NCBI GenBank assembly: GCA_963850305.1
Contig: CAWKKR010000006.1
Span: 160,001-224,000 of the forward strand
Direction of reading: 5' to 3'
DNA length: 64,000 bases
Origin: an uncultured delta proteobacterium
GTDB lineage: Bacteria > Myxococcota_A > Polyangia > Polyangiales > Polyangiaceae
Below, piece by piece: positions 1 through 11,031 of this stretch. The notes beneath the pieces were generated by a model. It was not told where the DNA came from and did not search any database. It saw nothing but the letters and a program-made list of their open reading frames with translations. Positions within the stretch are counted from its first letter, which is position 1. The number at the start of each line of letters is the position of its first letter. Both the position numbers and the translations under genes were made by a program.

Positions 1-798
1 CCCTGGCAAACCCTGAGGAGCCGCACGTTCGAGTGGGACGGCAAGCAGTTCGCAGCCGCGGGAAGCGAGACCTGGCAGCCGACGATGCAGGCGCCATCCC
101 CGGCGGCGCCGCGACCGGTGGCAGCCGCGGAGGAAGAAGTCGCGGCGCCTCCGCCGCCACGAGCACCATCTCCGGACGAGCTTCTCGAACGGGTGTATGC
201 GCTATATAGGCGCGATCACAGGGTCGGCATTCAACGCCCGCGGTTCGACTTCGTGGCGGACGTGGCCGGGGATGCGAGGCCGGAGCGGGTGCTCGTGCAC
301 GGCAAGGACATCGTCGTCTTCGGCAAAGGATTCAAGGAGGGCTTGAGTTACGTTTACACGACCATCGGCGTCGAATCGCCGAAGGACGTGCTGTCCGTCA
401 CGGCCCGCGACGTCACGGGAGACGGTAAAGCGGAGATCATCGTCCGCGGCGTATTGCACGCCAAAGCGAGCGCCCCGATGGGGGGCAAAGTGGTCGATCG
501 CGACGCCTTCTACCTCTACGAGGTGAGCGACTCCGGCATCAACCGCATCTTCGCGGCCGAGACGGGCAGGGCGCTCGGAAAGGACCGGATCGTCGACAAC
601 GTCCGTTTCGTTCCTCGCGGCAAGGCGGTCGCGTTGGAGCTGCAGGCCGGGCGTGCCATCGGATGGACGGACACGACATATCCCTTCCCGATCGACAAAT
701 ATCCCTACGCCGGGCTCGAACCGCTGCTGGTCCCCTGGGGTGACGTGACGTCGAAGCGCTATCGCTTCGACGGAAGCGCCTTCGTGGCCGAGCCGTGA
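1..798 (+). CDS. Hypothetical exported protein with FG-GAP/VCBS-like motifs (5' truncated by window edge)
   Basis: Frame open from base 1; motifs ADVAGDARPE and RDVTGDGKAEI; stop overlaps next start (GTGA). Confidence 0.7.
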   Translation, partial: PWQTLRSRTFEWDGKQFAAAGSETWQPTMQAPSPAAPRPVAAAEEEVAAPPPPRAPSPDELLERVYALYRRDHRVGIQRPRFDFVADVAGDARPERVLVHGKDIVVFGKGFKEGLSYVYTTIGVESPKDVLSVTARDVTGDGKAEIIVRGVLHAKASAPMGGKVVDRDAFYLYEVSDSGINRIFAAETGRALGKDRIVDNVRFVPRGKAVALELQAGRAIGWTDTTYPFPIDKYPYAGLEPLLVPWGDVTSKRYRFDGSAFVAEP

Positions 799-2036
799 CG
801 GCCGGACTCGAAGAGTCGCCGCCGCGCGTCGCGCTCGTACTCGCGGGCGGCGGGGCCCGCGGTGCGTACGAAGTCGGCGTCATCCGGTACATTCTCGAGG
901 AGCTGCCGAAGCGGCTCCGGCGGGAGGTGCCGCTCGACATTCTGTGCGGGACCTCGGTCGGCGCGATCAACGTGTGTCTGCTGGCGGCCTACGCCGACGC
1001 CCCTCAGCTCCGGGCCAGGCTGCTCGTCGATCGCTGGCGGGCCTTGAAGGTCGACCAGATCCTCAAGCCCGACCCCATCGAGTTCGTCGCGTTGATGCGC
1101 GAGCTGGTCGGCGCAAAAACGCGCGCGGTCTTGGGGAAGGCGCCCAGGGGCGGCCTGGTGGACCCCGCGGGTCTCACCAAGGTCCTGACAGACTCGATTC
1201 CATTCGAGCGCATCGACGGACACTTCGCAACTGGCCGAATTCGCGCGGCGAGCGTATCGGCGACCCACGTCGGCACGGGTCGGACGGTGGTCTTCGTGCA
1301 GCATCTGGATGACCACATTCCCGCATGGGGCCCGCACGCAACGATGGTCCGCCGGCAGGTGAACATCCGGCTCGACCACGCGCTCGCGTCTGCGGCCATC
1401 CCGTTCGTCTTTCCCGCCGTGAGCATCGATGGCGAGCTCTATTGCGACGGTGGGTTGCGGCAGAACGTGCCACTTGCGCCCGCGCGCCGCCTGGGAGCCG
1501 ATCGCCTGCTCGTGGTGAATCCACACTACGTCGGACCGGTGAACCCCGCCATCGAGCGTCAGAGAGAGGAGGCCTTCGCGGGGCCGGCGTTCCTGCTCGG
1601 CAAGACGCTGAATGCGCTCCTCCTCGATCGCCTGGACGGGGACGTCGAGCGCCTGGTGCGGATCAATGACATTCTCGCCGCCGGGAGCCGTGAATACGGG
1701 GACGGGTTTCCTGACGCCCTGAACCGACAACTGGGGGTGCCGGAGGGTGATCCGGGGCTGCGCTGGATTCGCACGAAGGTCATTCGCGCGTCGGAAGACA
1801 TTGGCCGGCTCTGCGGCGACTTCGTTCGAGGCCCGGCGTTCGAACGGAGCCGCAAGGGACTGACCGGCCGCGCCCTGCGGCGGCTTGCACGGAGCGAGGG
1901 GATGGAAGAGGCCGATTTGCTATCGTATATCCTCTTCGACGGCGAGTTCGCATCCGAGCTCATCGCGCTGGGTGAGTCGGACGCGCGCGCCCAGAGCGAC
2001 GCGCTCTGCGAATTCTTCGAAGACACGCTCCGGTGA
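795..2036 (+). CDS. Patatin-like phospholipase
   Basis: GGGARG, GTSVG nucleophile and DGG motifs. Confidence 0.92.
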   Translation: MTAGLEESPPRVALVLAGGGARGAYEVGVIRYILEELPKRLRREVPLDILCGTSVGAINVCLLAAYADAPQLRARLLVDRWRALKVDQILKPDPIEFVALMRELVGAKTRAVLGKAPRGGLVDPAGLTKVLTDSIPFERIDGHFATGRIRAASVSATHVGTGRTVVFVQHLDDHIPAWGPHATMVRRQVNIRLDHALASAAIPFVFPAVSIDGELYCDGGLRQNVPLAPARRLGADRLLVVNPHYVGPVNPAIERQREEAFAGPAFLLGKTLNALLLDRLDGDVERLVRINDILAAGSREYGDGFPDALNRQLGVPEGDPGLRWIRTKVIRASEDIGRLCGDFVRGPAFERSRKGLTGRALRRLARSEGMEEADLLSYILFDGEFASELIALGESDARAQSDALCEFFEDTLR

Positions 2037-2039
2037 AGC

Positions 2040-2738
2040 TCAGCGGAGCCGGCCCGGCAAACGCACGACCTTGGCGCCTTCGGGCGGCGGGTCCACCGGG
2101 GGGAGCGCAATCACGAGTCTCTCGACGATCGGCATCGCGTGGAGCAGCGCGCCGAGAGCGGTGAGCTCCGACTCCAGCTTTTCGAACACCACCGCGATCA
2201 CGTAAAGGCCCGCGAAGGGACGCGCGAGGCACTCCATCCGGTTCGCGAGCCGTAGACGCGTGGTGTGACTCGGCCGCAGCTCCGCCCGCGCATCACGCAC
2301 CTGGACGATCGTGCTCTCGAGCACCGTGTCGGCATTCGCCCGTTCGCCCATCGATACCCCCCAGATGACGGGGGAGGCGAGATCGAACACCACGGCGCCG
2401 TTCGCGCCGACCCGTTCACGAAGGCGCTCGAGTTCGTCGTTGAGGCGTCGGCCGGCGATCTCCGGGGGCGTCTGAGACGGCGGCGCGCCGAGCGCGTGCT
2501 CCGCGTTGCCGAACAGTGACCCCAGCATCGCTTCGAGGCGTGACTCCACGGCCGGGCGTTCTTTGGGCGGTTCGTCGAACACCACGACGACACGTCCGCC
2601 GCTCGGTGCGATCCGAAAAACGATTCGCGGGTCGATGGGATCTCGCCCGCCGAGCTCGACGCGAGCGTCCGCAGCGCCAAGTTCTCGAACGAGGAGTTCC
2701 AGGAAGCGGATCAGGCTCGGGTCAGTCACGGGCTGCAC
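2040..2738 (-). CDS. Hypothetical protein
   Basis: 232-aa ORF with globular composition, convergent with patatin gene. Confidence 0.7.
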   Translation of the reverse strand: MQPVTDPSLIRFLELLVRELGAADARVELGGRDPIDPRIVFRIAPSGGRVVVVFDEPPKERPAVESRLEAMLGSLFGNAEHALGAPPSQTPPEIAGRRLNDELERLRERVGANGAVVFDLASPVIWGVSMGERANADTVLESTIVQVRDARAELRPSHTTRLRLANRMECLARPFAGLYVIAVVFEKLESELTALGALLHAMPIVERLVIALPPVDPPPEGAKVVRLPGRLR

Positions 2739-2767
2739 TCTACGCCAGTTTCCATCATAATGCGCCC

Positions 2768-4414
2768 ATGACGACGCTCACCGACACGCCTGCGTTCCGT
2801 GCTCTCGTCGAGCACCACCGGGCCATGAAAGCCGATCACCTCCGCGATGCATTTCTGGCGGATCCGCAACGGGTTTCTGGATTCTCGCTGGAGCTCGGCG
2901 ATCTGCTCTTCGATTTCTCGAAGCATCGCATCCGGCGTGAGACGATGAGTCTGCTCGTCCGTCTGGCCGAGGACCGCGGGGTCCCAAACCTTGCGGCAGG
3001 CATGTTTCACGGGGACGCGATCAACGTCACGGAGCATCGTGCCGTGCTGCATGTCGCCCTGCGGAACCGATCCGATCGTCCGATCCACGTCGATGGACGG
3101 GACGTGATGCCGGACGTGCGACGCGTGCTCGCGAAGATGCGAACGTTCTCGGAGAGCGTCCGGAGCGGCGCGCACCTCGGTCATACCGGCAAGAAGATCA
3201 CTGACGTCGTCAACATCGGCATCGGCGGCTCGGATCTCGGCCCGCACCTCGTGTGCGAGGCGCTGAAGCCCTACTGGAGCGCAGGGCTTCGCGCCCACTT
3301 CGTCTCGAACGTCGACGCGACGCACCTCGTGGAGACGCTCGAGGGCCTCTCGCCCGAGACGACACTCTTCACGGTCGCGTCCAAGACGTTCACGACGCAA
3401 GAGACGATGACCAACGCCGACTCCGCGCGACGGTGGCTGGTGAAGGCTCTCGGGTCGGACGCCGCCGTGGCCAAGCACTTCGTTGCCATCTCTACGAACC
3501 TCGAGGCCGTGAAGAAGTTCGGCATCGATCCGGCGAACATGTTCGAGTTCTGGGATTGGGTGGGGGGACGGTATTCGCTCTGGTCTGCGATCGGTTTGCC
3601 GATTGCGCTCGTGGCCGGCTTCGAAGCGTTCGAGCGGCTCCTCGAGGGCGCGTACGAGGCCGACGAGCACTTCCGGACCACGCCGCTCGAGAAGAACATT
3701 CCCGTCGTGATGGGGCTCCTCGGGATCTGGTACGTGAATTTTTTTGGGGCCGAGACGCACGCGGTGCTCCCGTACGACCAGTACCTGGAGCTCTTGCCGG
3801 CGTTCTTGCAACAGCTCGACATGGAGAGTGACGGCAAGAGCGTCGAGCGCGACGGAACGCGAGTTCGTTCGTACACGACGGGCCCCGTCGTGTGGGGCGC
3901 CGCGGGAACGAACGGGCAGCACGCGTTCTACCAGCTCCTGCATCAAGGGACGCGCCTCGTTCCGGCGGACTTCATCGTCAGCGCGCGGAGCCACAACCCT
4001 ATGGGCGATCACCAGGACAAACTCGTTGCCAATTGCCTTGCGCAAACCGAAGCGCTGATGCGCGGTAAGACGGAGGACGAAGTGCTGGCCGAACTCGAGC
4101 GGGGAGGGATGTCGGTCGAAGCCCGGAAGGCGCTCGCTCCTCATCGCGTGTTCGAAGGCAACCGGCCGACGAGCACGTTTTTCATGGACCAGCTGACGCC
4201 GCATTCGATGGGCCGTCTCCTTTCGCTCTACGAGCACAAGGTCTTCGTCCAGGGTGCCATCTGGAACGTGAACAGCTTCGACCAGTGGGGCGTGGAACTC
4301 GGCAAGGTCCTCGCGGGGAAGATCCTCGGCGAATTCGGCAAGCCCGCACTCGAAGGCACCCACGACGCCTCGACCACCACGCTCATTGCCCGATATCAGA
4401 CGCGGCGTCATTGA
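2768..4414 (+). CDS. pgi: Glucose-6-phosphate isomerase
   Basis: [42 protein letters not shown] and [11 protein letters not shown] signatures; ATG 2768. Confidence 0.97.
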   Translation: MTTLTDTPAFRALVEHHRAMKADHLRDAFLADPQRVSGFSLELGDLLFDFSKHRIRRETMSLLVRLAEDRGVPNLAAGMFHGDAINVTEHRAVLHVALRNRSDRPIHVDGRDVMPDVRRVLAKMRTFSESVRSGAHLGHTGKKITDVVNIGIGGSDLGPHLVCEALKPYWSAGLRAHFVSNVDATHLVETLEGLSPETTLFTVASKTFTTQETMTNADSARRWLVKALGSDAAVAKHFVAISTNLEAVKKFGIDPANMFEFWDWVGGRYSLWSAIGLPIALVAGFEAFERLLEGAYEADEHFRTTPLEKNIPVVMGLLGIWYVNFFGAETHAVLPYDQYLELLPAFLQQLDMESDGKSVERDGTRVRSYTTGPVVWGAAGTNGQHAFYQLLHQGTRLVPADFIVSARSHNPMGDHQDKLVANCLAQTEALMRGKTEDEVLAELERGGMSVEARKALAPHRVFEGNRPTSTFFMDQLTPHSMGRLLSLYEHKVFVQGAIWNVNSFDQWGVELGKVLAGKILGEFGKPALEGTHDASTTTLIARYQTRRH

Positions 4415-4454
4415 CCCCCCTGAAGCCTCGATTCGTGGCATCTTCCCGGCCGCG

Positions 4455-5612
4455 ATGCAGCTCAAATACGGAACGAATCCACACCAGAGTTACGCATCCG
4501 TAGAACCCGTGGGTTCGAGGGATTTGCCGGTGCGGATTTTGAACGGCACGCCCTCCCTGATCAACTTTCTCGACGCCCTGAACGCGTGGCAACTCGTTCA
4601 CGAAGCGCGAGCCGCACTCGGCTTGCCCGCGGCGGCAAGCTTCAAGCACGTGTCTCCCGCCGGCGCGGCAGTCGCCGTGCCGCTCGACGACACGCTCGCG
4701 CGTGCGTACGAGGTGCGCGGCAAGGACCTGAGCCCGGCGGCCGTCGCGTACGTCCGTGCGCGCGGAGCGGACCCCAAGAGCTCGTTCGGAGATTTCGTCG
4801 CGCTCTCGGATCGCGTGGACCGGGAGACGGCGGAGTTCCTCAAGGGAGTCGTCTCCGACGGCATCGTCGCTCCCGGCTTCGATGAAGCGGCGCTGGCGAT
4901 CCTCAAGGCAAAAAAGGCGGGAGCCTTCATCGTGATGGAAGCGGACGCGAGCTACGTTCCCCCGTCGCGCGAGTCACGTGAGCTCTTCGGCGTCCGCCTG
5001 ACGCAGGATCGCAACCAGCACGCGATCGGCAAGGCCGATCTCGCCTCGGTGCGGACGGGAGAGCTCACGGAAGACGCGGTTCGAGACCTCGTCCTCGGGC
5101 TCATCACCATCAAGTACACGCAATCGAACTCCGTCGGTTACGCGCTCGGCGGGCAGATGATCGGCATCGGCGCGGGCCAGCAGTCGCGGGTGGATTGCAC
5201 GAAGCTCGCCGGTGCCAAGGCCGACGTGTGGAACCTGGGACTTCATCCGAAGGTCGTCGGATTGCCCTTCAAAGCGGACCTGAAGCGACAGGAACGCATC
5301 AACTGGCGCGTTCGATACATCGAGGGCGACCTCACGCGTGAAGAAAGAACGGCGTTCCAGGACGTGCTCACGGCGAAAGTGGAGTCGCTCACGGAAAGCG
5401 AGAAGCAAGACTTTCTGTCGAAGGTCACCGGAGTGAGTCTCGTCTCGGACGGCTTCATTCCCTTCCGAGACAACATCGATCATGCCTCGAAGCACGGCGT
5501 CCGGTTCATCGCGGAGCCCGGCGGTTCGGCCCGAGACGCGGAGGTCGAGAGTGCCTGCCGCGAGTACGGAATGACGCTCGTCCACACGAACCTGCGGCTC
5601 TTCCACCACTGA
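4455..5612 (+). CDS. purH: AICAR transformylase (PurH C-terminal domain only)
   Basis: Starts MQLKYGTNPHQ; SFKHVSPAG, KYTQSNSV, GAGQQSRVDC, SDGFIPFRD, ends RLFHH; no IMP cyclohydrolase domain. Confidence 0.9.
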   Translation: MQLKYGTNPHQSYASVEPVGSRDLPVRILNGTPSLINFLDALNAWQLVHEARAALGLPAAASFKHVSPAGAAVAVPLDDTLARAYEVRGKDLSPAAVAYVRARGADPKSSFGDFVALSDRVDRETAEFLKGVVSDGIVAPGFDEAALAILKAKKAGAFIVMEADASYVPPSRESRELFGVRLTQDRNQHAIGKADLASVRTGELTEDAVRDLVLGLITIKYTQSNSVGYALGGQMIGIGAGQQSRVDCTKLAGAKADVWNLGLHPKVVGLPFKADLKRQERINWRVRYIEGDLTREERTAFQDVLTAKVESLTESEKQDFLSKVTGVSLVSDGFIPFRDNIDHASKHGVRFIAEPGGSARDAEVESACREYGMTLVHTNLRLFHH

Positions 5613-5636
5613 TCGCCCCCGGGCGAAGCAGCGGGC

Positions 5637-7796
5637 CTATACGAGGTTCCACGACGCGGCTCGAACCATGCCCGAGCAGAGCCCGATGAAGATGGCGCGA
5701 AGCGCGTCCGACATCGGGATCCCGCCTTGCGTTGCGTGCGTGACGACGTCGCGCACGGTGGCTGTACCGTCCGCGAGCGCCAGCACCGCCGTCTCCGCGG
5801 CGGATAGCCCGAGGATGGTCGGCGCCGCCTGTGGCGAAGCGGGGAGCAGAGCCTCCTTCGTCACCGGTCGCAGGAGAGTCGCGATATCGCCGGGCGCGTA
5901 CTGTTCACGGACGAGTCGGGTGAGGACCTCCAGTGTCGGTTCCCGGGTGCGCACGTGGTGGGACTGGTCGAGCCTCGCGCCGCCGAAGAATCGAATCTCT
6001 CCGGCGCGCCAGCCGTAAACGGCTCCGAGACGATCTTCGAGCTGGCGCGCGAGCTCCCGGACCAGCTGGGCTGCGCCGAGCGCGCCGAACGACACGAGCG
6101 CCTCGCCGAGCCGAAATGGCGGCTGACTCCCGAGCGCGAGCTCGACCGCTTTCTCGGTGACGATCCGTGACTGAATCAGCCTTCGTCCGAGGAGCTCATC
6201 GCGGTCCGTCGATGCGACGAACACCGGGTCGCCCTTTTCGAAGAAGATCCGCTTCCGCCGCTTGCCGTCGACCGCCACGAGGAGGCCGCTCGTGCGCCCG
6301 AGGGCGAGCCGATAGAGCGCAGAGGGCAGCGCGGTTGCATCGATGCGCTGCAGCCAATCCGGCGACGCGAGCTCATCGTCGCGGAATTGATAAGCCGGAT
6401 GAGCCGCCAGTGCGGCGAGTGCCGGCACGGTCGACGCGGGAATGAACGTGTCCGCTTGAATCGAAACATTGGAGCGCGCAGACAGTCGCCCCGTGGCGAT
6501 CAGCGCGAGCATCTCGGCACGCGACAGGGGGCCCACGATGGCTCCCGAGCGCGCACGGATTCTATATGTCGCCGACCCGGGTCGACGCTTGGAGACGCCC
6601 TCCGCGATGGACGATGGCGACGGGGTCTCGGGAGGAGGGGACTCGGGCGCTGCCGCTCTGGCTGCCGGGGCGTCGGACGGCAGACACCGAACGACGAGCA
6701 TCTCGCTGACCTCCGAGGGCTGGGGTGGCGTGTCCGATTCGGGGCGCCGCTCTTCCGGCGGCTCGTGCCGGGGTTCCGAAGGCGGCGAACCGCCCGGACC
6801 CGGCAGCGGCGGTGGCCCTCGCCGGGGGCGCGCGTTCGAGTACGCGGACGGTCGCGTCCCGCTCGAGGAGGGCAGCATCCTGTGCAGGAACGGCACGACC
6901 GTCGTGTCGTCGAGGCGAATCGAGCGGTGGGCTGCGACGTCGGCCAGCGCGTTCGCGAATTCGCGCGCCGTCTGAAATCGCTCCGCCGGGCGGTGCGCGA
7001 GCGCGCGCTCGAGCACTCCGGTGACGTCCGCCGGGATCCCGCCGTCCCGCACCAGCCCGAGTTCGCCGCGCGAGATGCGCGTGATCACCTCGAGATCGCT
7101 CTTGCCCCCGAACAGAGTGCGTCCCGCGATCATCTCCGCGAGCACGATGCCCGCGGCGAAGAGATCGCTCCGCGCATCGACGTCCCCGCCGAGGATTTGC
7201 TCGGGCGACATGTATCGAAGCTTGCCCTTGAGCTCGCCGGGATACGTCCGCCGTTCCGCGAGAAGACTCCGCGTGATGCCGAAGTCGATGAGCTTCACGT
7301 TGCCGATGCGGCTCACGAGGATGTTCGACGGTGAGACGTCGCGGTGCACCACACCGAGCGCGCGCCCGTTCTCGTCCGTCGCCTCGTGGGCAAACGCGAG
7401 CGCCGTGAGCATCTCGTGCGCGACGTAAAGCGCCGCGCCGATGGGCAGTGTCTCGCCTCGCTGCGCGGCGGTTCGAAGGAGGAGCGAGCACGAGACTCCG
7501 TCCACGTACTCCATGACGATGAAAAACTGACCGTCGTCCTCGCCGAACTCGATGACCTGTGCGATGTTGGGATGTGTGAGCGTCGCGGCGATGCGCGCCT
7601 CGTCGCAGAACATCTGGACGAACTGCGCGTCCTCGGACAACTCCGGCAGTATCCGCTTCAGTGCGACGCGCTTCGTGAAGCCACGCGGACCGCTCCGTCG
7701 CGCCAGATAGACTTCCGCCATGCCGCCCGCGCCGAGCTTTCGCTCGATTACATAGGCGCCGACCGTCATCCCGGTTTCGGCATGCAGCTCGGCCAT
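5637..7796 (-). CDS. Ser/Thr protein kinase with Pro-rich linker, GYF_2-like and DUF4388-like domains
   Basis: LGAGGMAEVY, VALK, HRDVSPSN, DFG, YMSPE; ATG 7796. Confidence 0.9.
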   Translation of the reverse strand: MAELHAETGMTVGAYVIERKLGAGGMAEVYLARRSGPRGFTKRVALKRILPELSEDAQFVQMFCDEARIAATLTHPNIAQVIEFGEDDGQFFIVMEYVDGVSCSLLLRTAAQRGETLPIGAALYVAHEMLTALAFAHEATDENGRALGVVHRDVSPSNILVSRIGNVKLIDFGITRSLLAERRTYPGELKGKLRYMSPEQILGGDVDARSDLFAAGIVLAEMIAGRTLFGGKSDLEVITRISRGELGLVRDGGIPADVTGVLERALAHRPAERFQTAREFANALADVAAHRSIRLDDTTVVPFLHRMLPSSSGTRPSAYSNARPRRGPPPLPGPGGSPPSEPRHEPPEERRPESDTPPQPSEVSEMLVVRCLPSDAPAARAAAPESPPPETPSPSSIAEGVSKRRPGSATYRIRARSGAIVGPLSRAEMLALIATGRLSARSNVSIQADTFIPASTVPALAALAAHPAYQFRDDELASPDWLQRIDATALPSALYRLALGRTSGLLVAVDGKRRKRIFFEKGDPVFVASTDRDELLGRRLIQSRIVTEKAVELALGSQPPFRLGEALVSFGALGAAQLVRELARQLEDRLGAVYGWRAGEIRFFGGARLDQSHHVRTREPTLEVLTRLVREQYAPGDIATLLRPVTKEALLPASPQAAPTILGLSAAETAVLALADGTATVRDVVTHATQGGIPMSDALRAIFIGLCSGMVRAASWNLV

Positions 7797-7935
7797 CAAT
7801 GGCAGAGTAAACGAAGCGGCGCGCGCGCGCACGCCATGAGCCCGGAATTTTCCGAGTGAGTGCGAGCGTGTGGGACGTTTGTCTACGGGCAGCCGCGACC
7901 CGCCCCGCGTCTCGCCGAAGTGGCAGGGGCAACCG

Positions 7936-9030
7936 TCAGTCGGGGAACTGGTTTCGTACGTCGGCGCACGTCGCTCCATCGGAAAGACGAACGGCGTCGA
8001 ACGTGCCTAGGCCGGTCGGGCTGAACTGGGGCCGTATTCCGTTGATGAAGGCGGCCTCGGTCGTGTCGCACGCAGTGCCGTCCGTCTTTCTGCAGCCGAC
8101 TACCGTCGATTGGATGCCCGACTGCCCGTTCACCGGTACGATCGTCGCGGTCCCCTTCACCTCATCGCAACTGACGACCGTTGCCGACAGTGACGACACT
8201 GTGCGCTCCGCGATGTAGATGAGATTGGCCCCGAGACCAAAGACAGCCGTCGGTGGCAACGAGTATCCGGTGCCGGTCGCCGGAACGACCGTCACCCCAG
8301 GCTCGCCATCGAGATCCTGATCCTGGAGATCGAGCGCGGTTGCGGCGGGCCACGGCGCGGTGGTTGCGTTGTCCAGGATCGCACCGACGACGAACGCGAA
8401 GGGATCCGTTTGAATGACGAAGCCGCTCGCCTGGAAGCTGCCGTGCCATACGAAGGGGACCCAGGGGATGGCCCCGGCGTCGAAGACGCTGTCCGGGAAT
8501 CGAATCCCGAACTTGGCGTAGCCCGCCGTCAGATCACCTTGAAGATCCGGAAGCAGAATGCTGCAAGGCACCGTCGTCGAGTCGATGTCGATTCCGTCCT
8601 GGTGCTGGATCGCCAGATTCCATTGTTCGACGTTGCCATTTCCGGCGTCGAGAATGAGGGGATCCGTCGCGGGCCAGTTCACGGGTACGATCGTGTGCGT
8701 GGCCCAGGTGCCGGAGAAGTCGCACGGCGAACCGAGGCCTGCGCCGCCCGCGCCGGCGTTGCCTCCCGGGTCCGTGCCGCCCGTCGCGAACCCGCCTGTA
8801 CCGCTGGCGCCAGCGGCGTTGGGATAACCGCCACTCGCCGGCATGGCGAACCCCCCGGTGCCTCCTGGTGGGAATCCGAAGGTGCCTCCGGCACCATCTT
8901 CACCACCGCTTCCAGCCGGCAGCGGGGCGCTCGTCGCGAACAGACCTGCGCTGCTGGTCGAGCCGCACGCGACGGCGCTCATGGGCACCGTCAGTAGTGC
9001 CAGCGGCAAAATAAGGGAGCGGGTAGTCAC
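7936..9030 (-). CDS. Putative lipoprotein
   Basis: Lipobox AVAC, Gly-rich linker, Cys-containing mature domain. Confidence 0.8.
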   Translation of the reverse strand: MTTRSLILPLALLTVPMSAVACGSTSSAGLFATSAPLPAGSGGEDGAGGTFGFPPGGTGGFAMPASGGYPNAAGASGTGGFATGGTDPGGNAGAGGAGLGSPCDFSGTWATHTIVPVNWPATDPLILDAGNGNVEQWNLAIQHQDGIDIDSTTVPCSILLPDLQGDLTAGYAKFGIRFPDSVFDAGAIPWVPFVWHGSFQASGFVIQTDPFAFVVGAILDNATTAPWPAATALDLQDQDLDGEPGVTVVPATGTGYSLPPTAVFGLGANLIYIAERTVSSLSATVVSCDEVKGTATIVPVNGQSGIQSTVVGCRKTDGTACDTTEAAFINGIRPQFSPTGLGTFDAVRLSDGATCADVRNQFPD

Positions 9031-9075
9031 CGGGCGGAGTGCTGGAGTTTAGCGCCTTCCCCGCGATCGACGAGG

Positions 9076-10242
9076 TCAGTCCAGGATGATGGTGGGCTTG
9101 CACCCGAGCTGGATGCTCACGGTGCCGGCCGCAAAATTCGCGCAGGTGCCCGGACAGATGAGGATGTTCTTCGGTGTGGTCTGGTCGTCGTAGTACCAGC
9201 CCTGGTTCGCGTTCAGGGCGCAGCCGCCGAGATCGCCGACCTTCGGCACCTCCGCACTCACGGTGGAGGTACTGGGCGTGTATTCCACTCTGACCAGGTC
9301 GGTGTTGACCACGACCGGCGGTTGGCCCGGGGGCTGATCCGGGGCCGGGATGGGGAATGAACACTGGAGCGGCGTGCTTGCGATACCAAGCAACGCGTTG
9401 ACGAACTGCGTCCCGATGTCCCCGTTGTTGATGAGCGTGGCTTGCCCCGTGCCGCCCGCTTTCGCGATCTGGTTGAGGTTGGTGCCGCCCGCGCCGAGGT
9501 TGAACCCGACGACGAACGTGCGGACCACCGGGTCCGTCGTGAATGCGGTCTTCGCGATCGTGGCGATGTCGGGGATCTCCTGCGGGGTGCATTCCGTCGG
9601 GAAGCCGTCCGTCACGAGCACGACTACCGGCGCGCGCCCCGGATGCGCGGGGCCCCACGTCTTCATGTGATTGATGGCGCCCTGGAGAGCGGGGCCCGTC
9701 GGAGTGAAGTCGTTCGGCTGCTCCGCGTTGATGATCGAAGTGAGTGCGCCGGCGTTGCCCGGCAGGAGCCCGATCTCGACGGCGGGAGTCGAATAGTCCG
9801 CCGTGCACGATGCGGGCGCGGTGCCGTCGATGGGGAAGAACTGGAGCCCGACGCCCATGTGCGCGTTCGCTGCCTGCTGGTTGTTCACGAAGGTCGCGAT
9901 GGCCTGTTGCGCCGTTGCCCACCAGGTGACCGGCGGATTCGTTCCGGGAATGGCGTCGGCCATCGACTCGGAGTGATCGAACATGATGTACATGTCGACC
10001 GGCACGGCCTCGGCCCCGTGTGCCTCCCCGACGCATACCTGCGAGGTCTTCAACCCACCGTCATCGCCGTTGTTCGCGCCGGTGCCGGAACTGCCCGTCC
10101 CCAGGAGCGACACGAAGCCACCGGCGCCGGTGTCGCCTCCCGACTCCTGCGCGGGGAACCCGCCGGAACCCGTTCCGGTCTTGCTGCTACATGCGCAGAG
10201 CGCGCCCAACCCGAGAAGAAAGCCCCAATGTCTTAGCGCCAT
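9076..10242 (-). CDS. VWA-domain lipoprotein
   Basis: Lipobox LCAC; MIDAS-like DHSESM, TPT and VLVTDG. Confidence 0.85.
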   Translation of the reverse strand: MALRHWGFLLGLGALCACSSKTGTGSGGFPAQESGGDTGAGGFVSLLGTGSSGTGANNGDDGGLKTSQVCVGEAHGAEAVPVDMYIMFDHSESMADAIPGTNPPVTWWATAQQAIATFVNNQQAANAHMGVGLQFFPIDGTAPASCTADYSTPAVEIGLLPGNAGALTSIINAEQPNDFTPTGPALQGAINHMKTWGPAHPGRAPVVVLVTDGFPTECTPQEIPDIATIAKTAFTTDPVVRTFVVGFNLGAGGTNLNQIAKAGGTGQATLINNGDIGTQFVNALLGIASTPLQCSFPIPAPDQPPGQPPVVVNTDLVRVEYTPSTSTVSAEVPKVGDLGGCALNANQGWYYDDQTTPKNILICPGTCANFAAGTVSIQLGCKPTIILD

Positions 10243-10364
10243 CGATGAACCTCGTTCGTGAACAAAGGACGCGTTTCGGCCGCGTGACCGGCATTGTAGC
10301 TTCCTCACACACCCCGGGCGACCTGATTCGGTGACGGCAAAAGTTTACGGCGCGACTGCGTGCG

Positions 10365-10982
10365 TCATTGCGAGATCCACATCACCGACAACAGGACGAG
10401 CCAGATGGCGCCGAGGTAATGCCAGTACCACACGCAAAATCGCACTCCGTCGCAGCGTGAGCTCGAGTACTCGCGCTGGGTCGCCCGGAAGATCACGATC
10501 GCCAGCGGGATGAACCCGCCGAGCACGTGGAGCGCGTGAAGGCCCGTCAGGAGATAGAACGTGAACGCGAAGAGCGTCGGTCGCGGTAGCGCCTGCTGCG
10601 CGTGGATCATGTGCGACCAGTTGAAGCCCTGACCCACGAGGAACGCACACGCGAACGCAAGTCCGATCCAGAGCGCGTGCCGGAGCGAGTCCTGGTGGTT
10701 CTCCCGGACGCTCAGGTACGCGCGGTGCATCGACGCGCTCACCCCGAAGATCATCGCCGTGCTCGCAATGAGACCCGCCGGCAACCCAGGCGAATTCTCC
10801 GGCCGCCAGATTTTCACGGTCGTGCGAGTTACGACGTAGGCGACCAGGGTCGCCGCGAAGAGCACGCCGATCACGCAGAAACCCAGGATGACCAGGAGTT
10901 GCTCGGAGGACATGCGAAAGGACGGCTGCCGCGGTCCTTGCGAATCCTCGGGATCGGGCTTCAATGAGTAGGTCTCGCGCAT
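10365..10982 (-). CDS. ctaE: Haem-copper oxidase subunit III family protein
   Basis: FYLLTGLHALHVLGG and YWHYLGAIW motifs; several TM helices. Confidence 0.85.
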   Translation of the reverse strand: MRETYSLKPDPEDSQGPRQPSFRMSSEQLLVILGFCVIGVLFAATLVAYVVTRTTVKIWRPENSPGLPAGLIASTAMIFGVSASMHRAYLSVRENHQDSLRHALWIGLAFACAFLVGQGFNWSHMIHAQQALPRPTLFAFTFYLLTGLHALHVLGGFIPLAIVIFRATQREYSSSRCDGVRFCVWYWHYLGAIWLVLLSVMWISQ

Positions 10983-11031
10983 CCGGGCCGGTCAGTGGTA
11001 GGACGGCGCGTCGACCCCCGCAAGGCGCATC

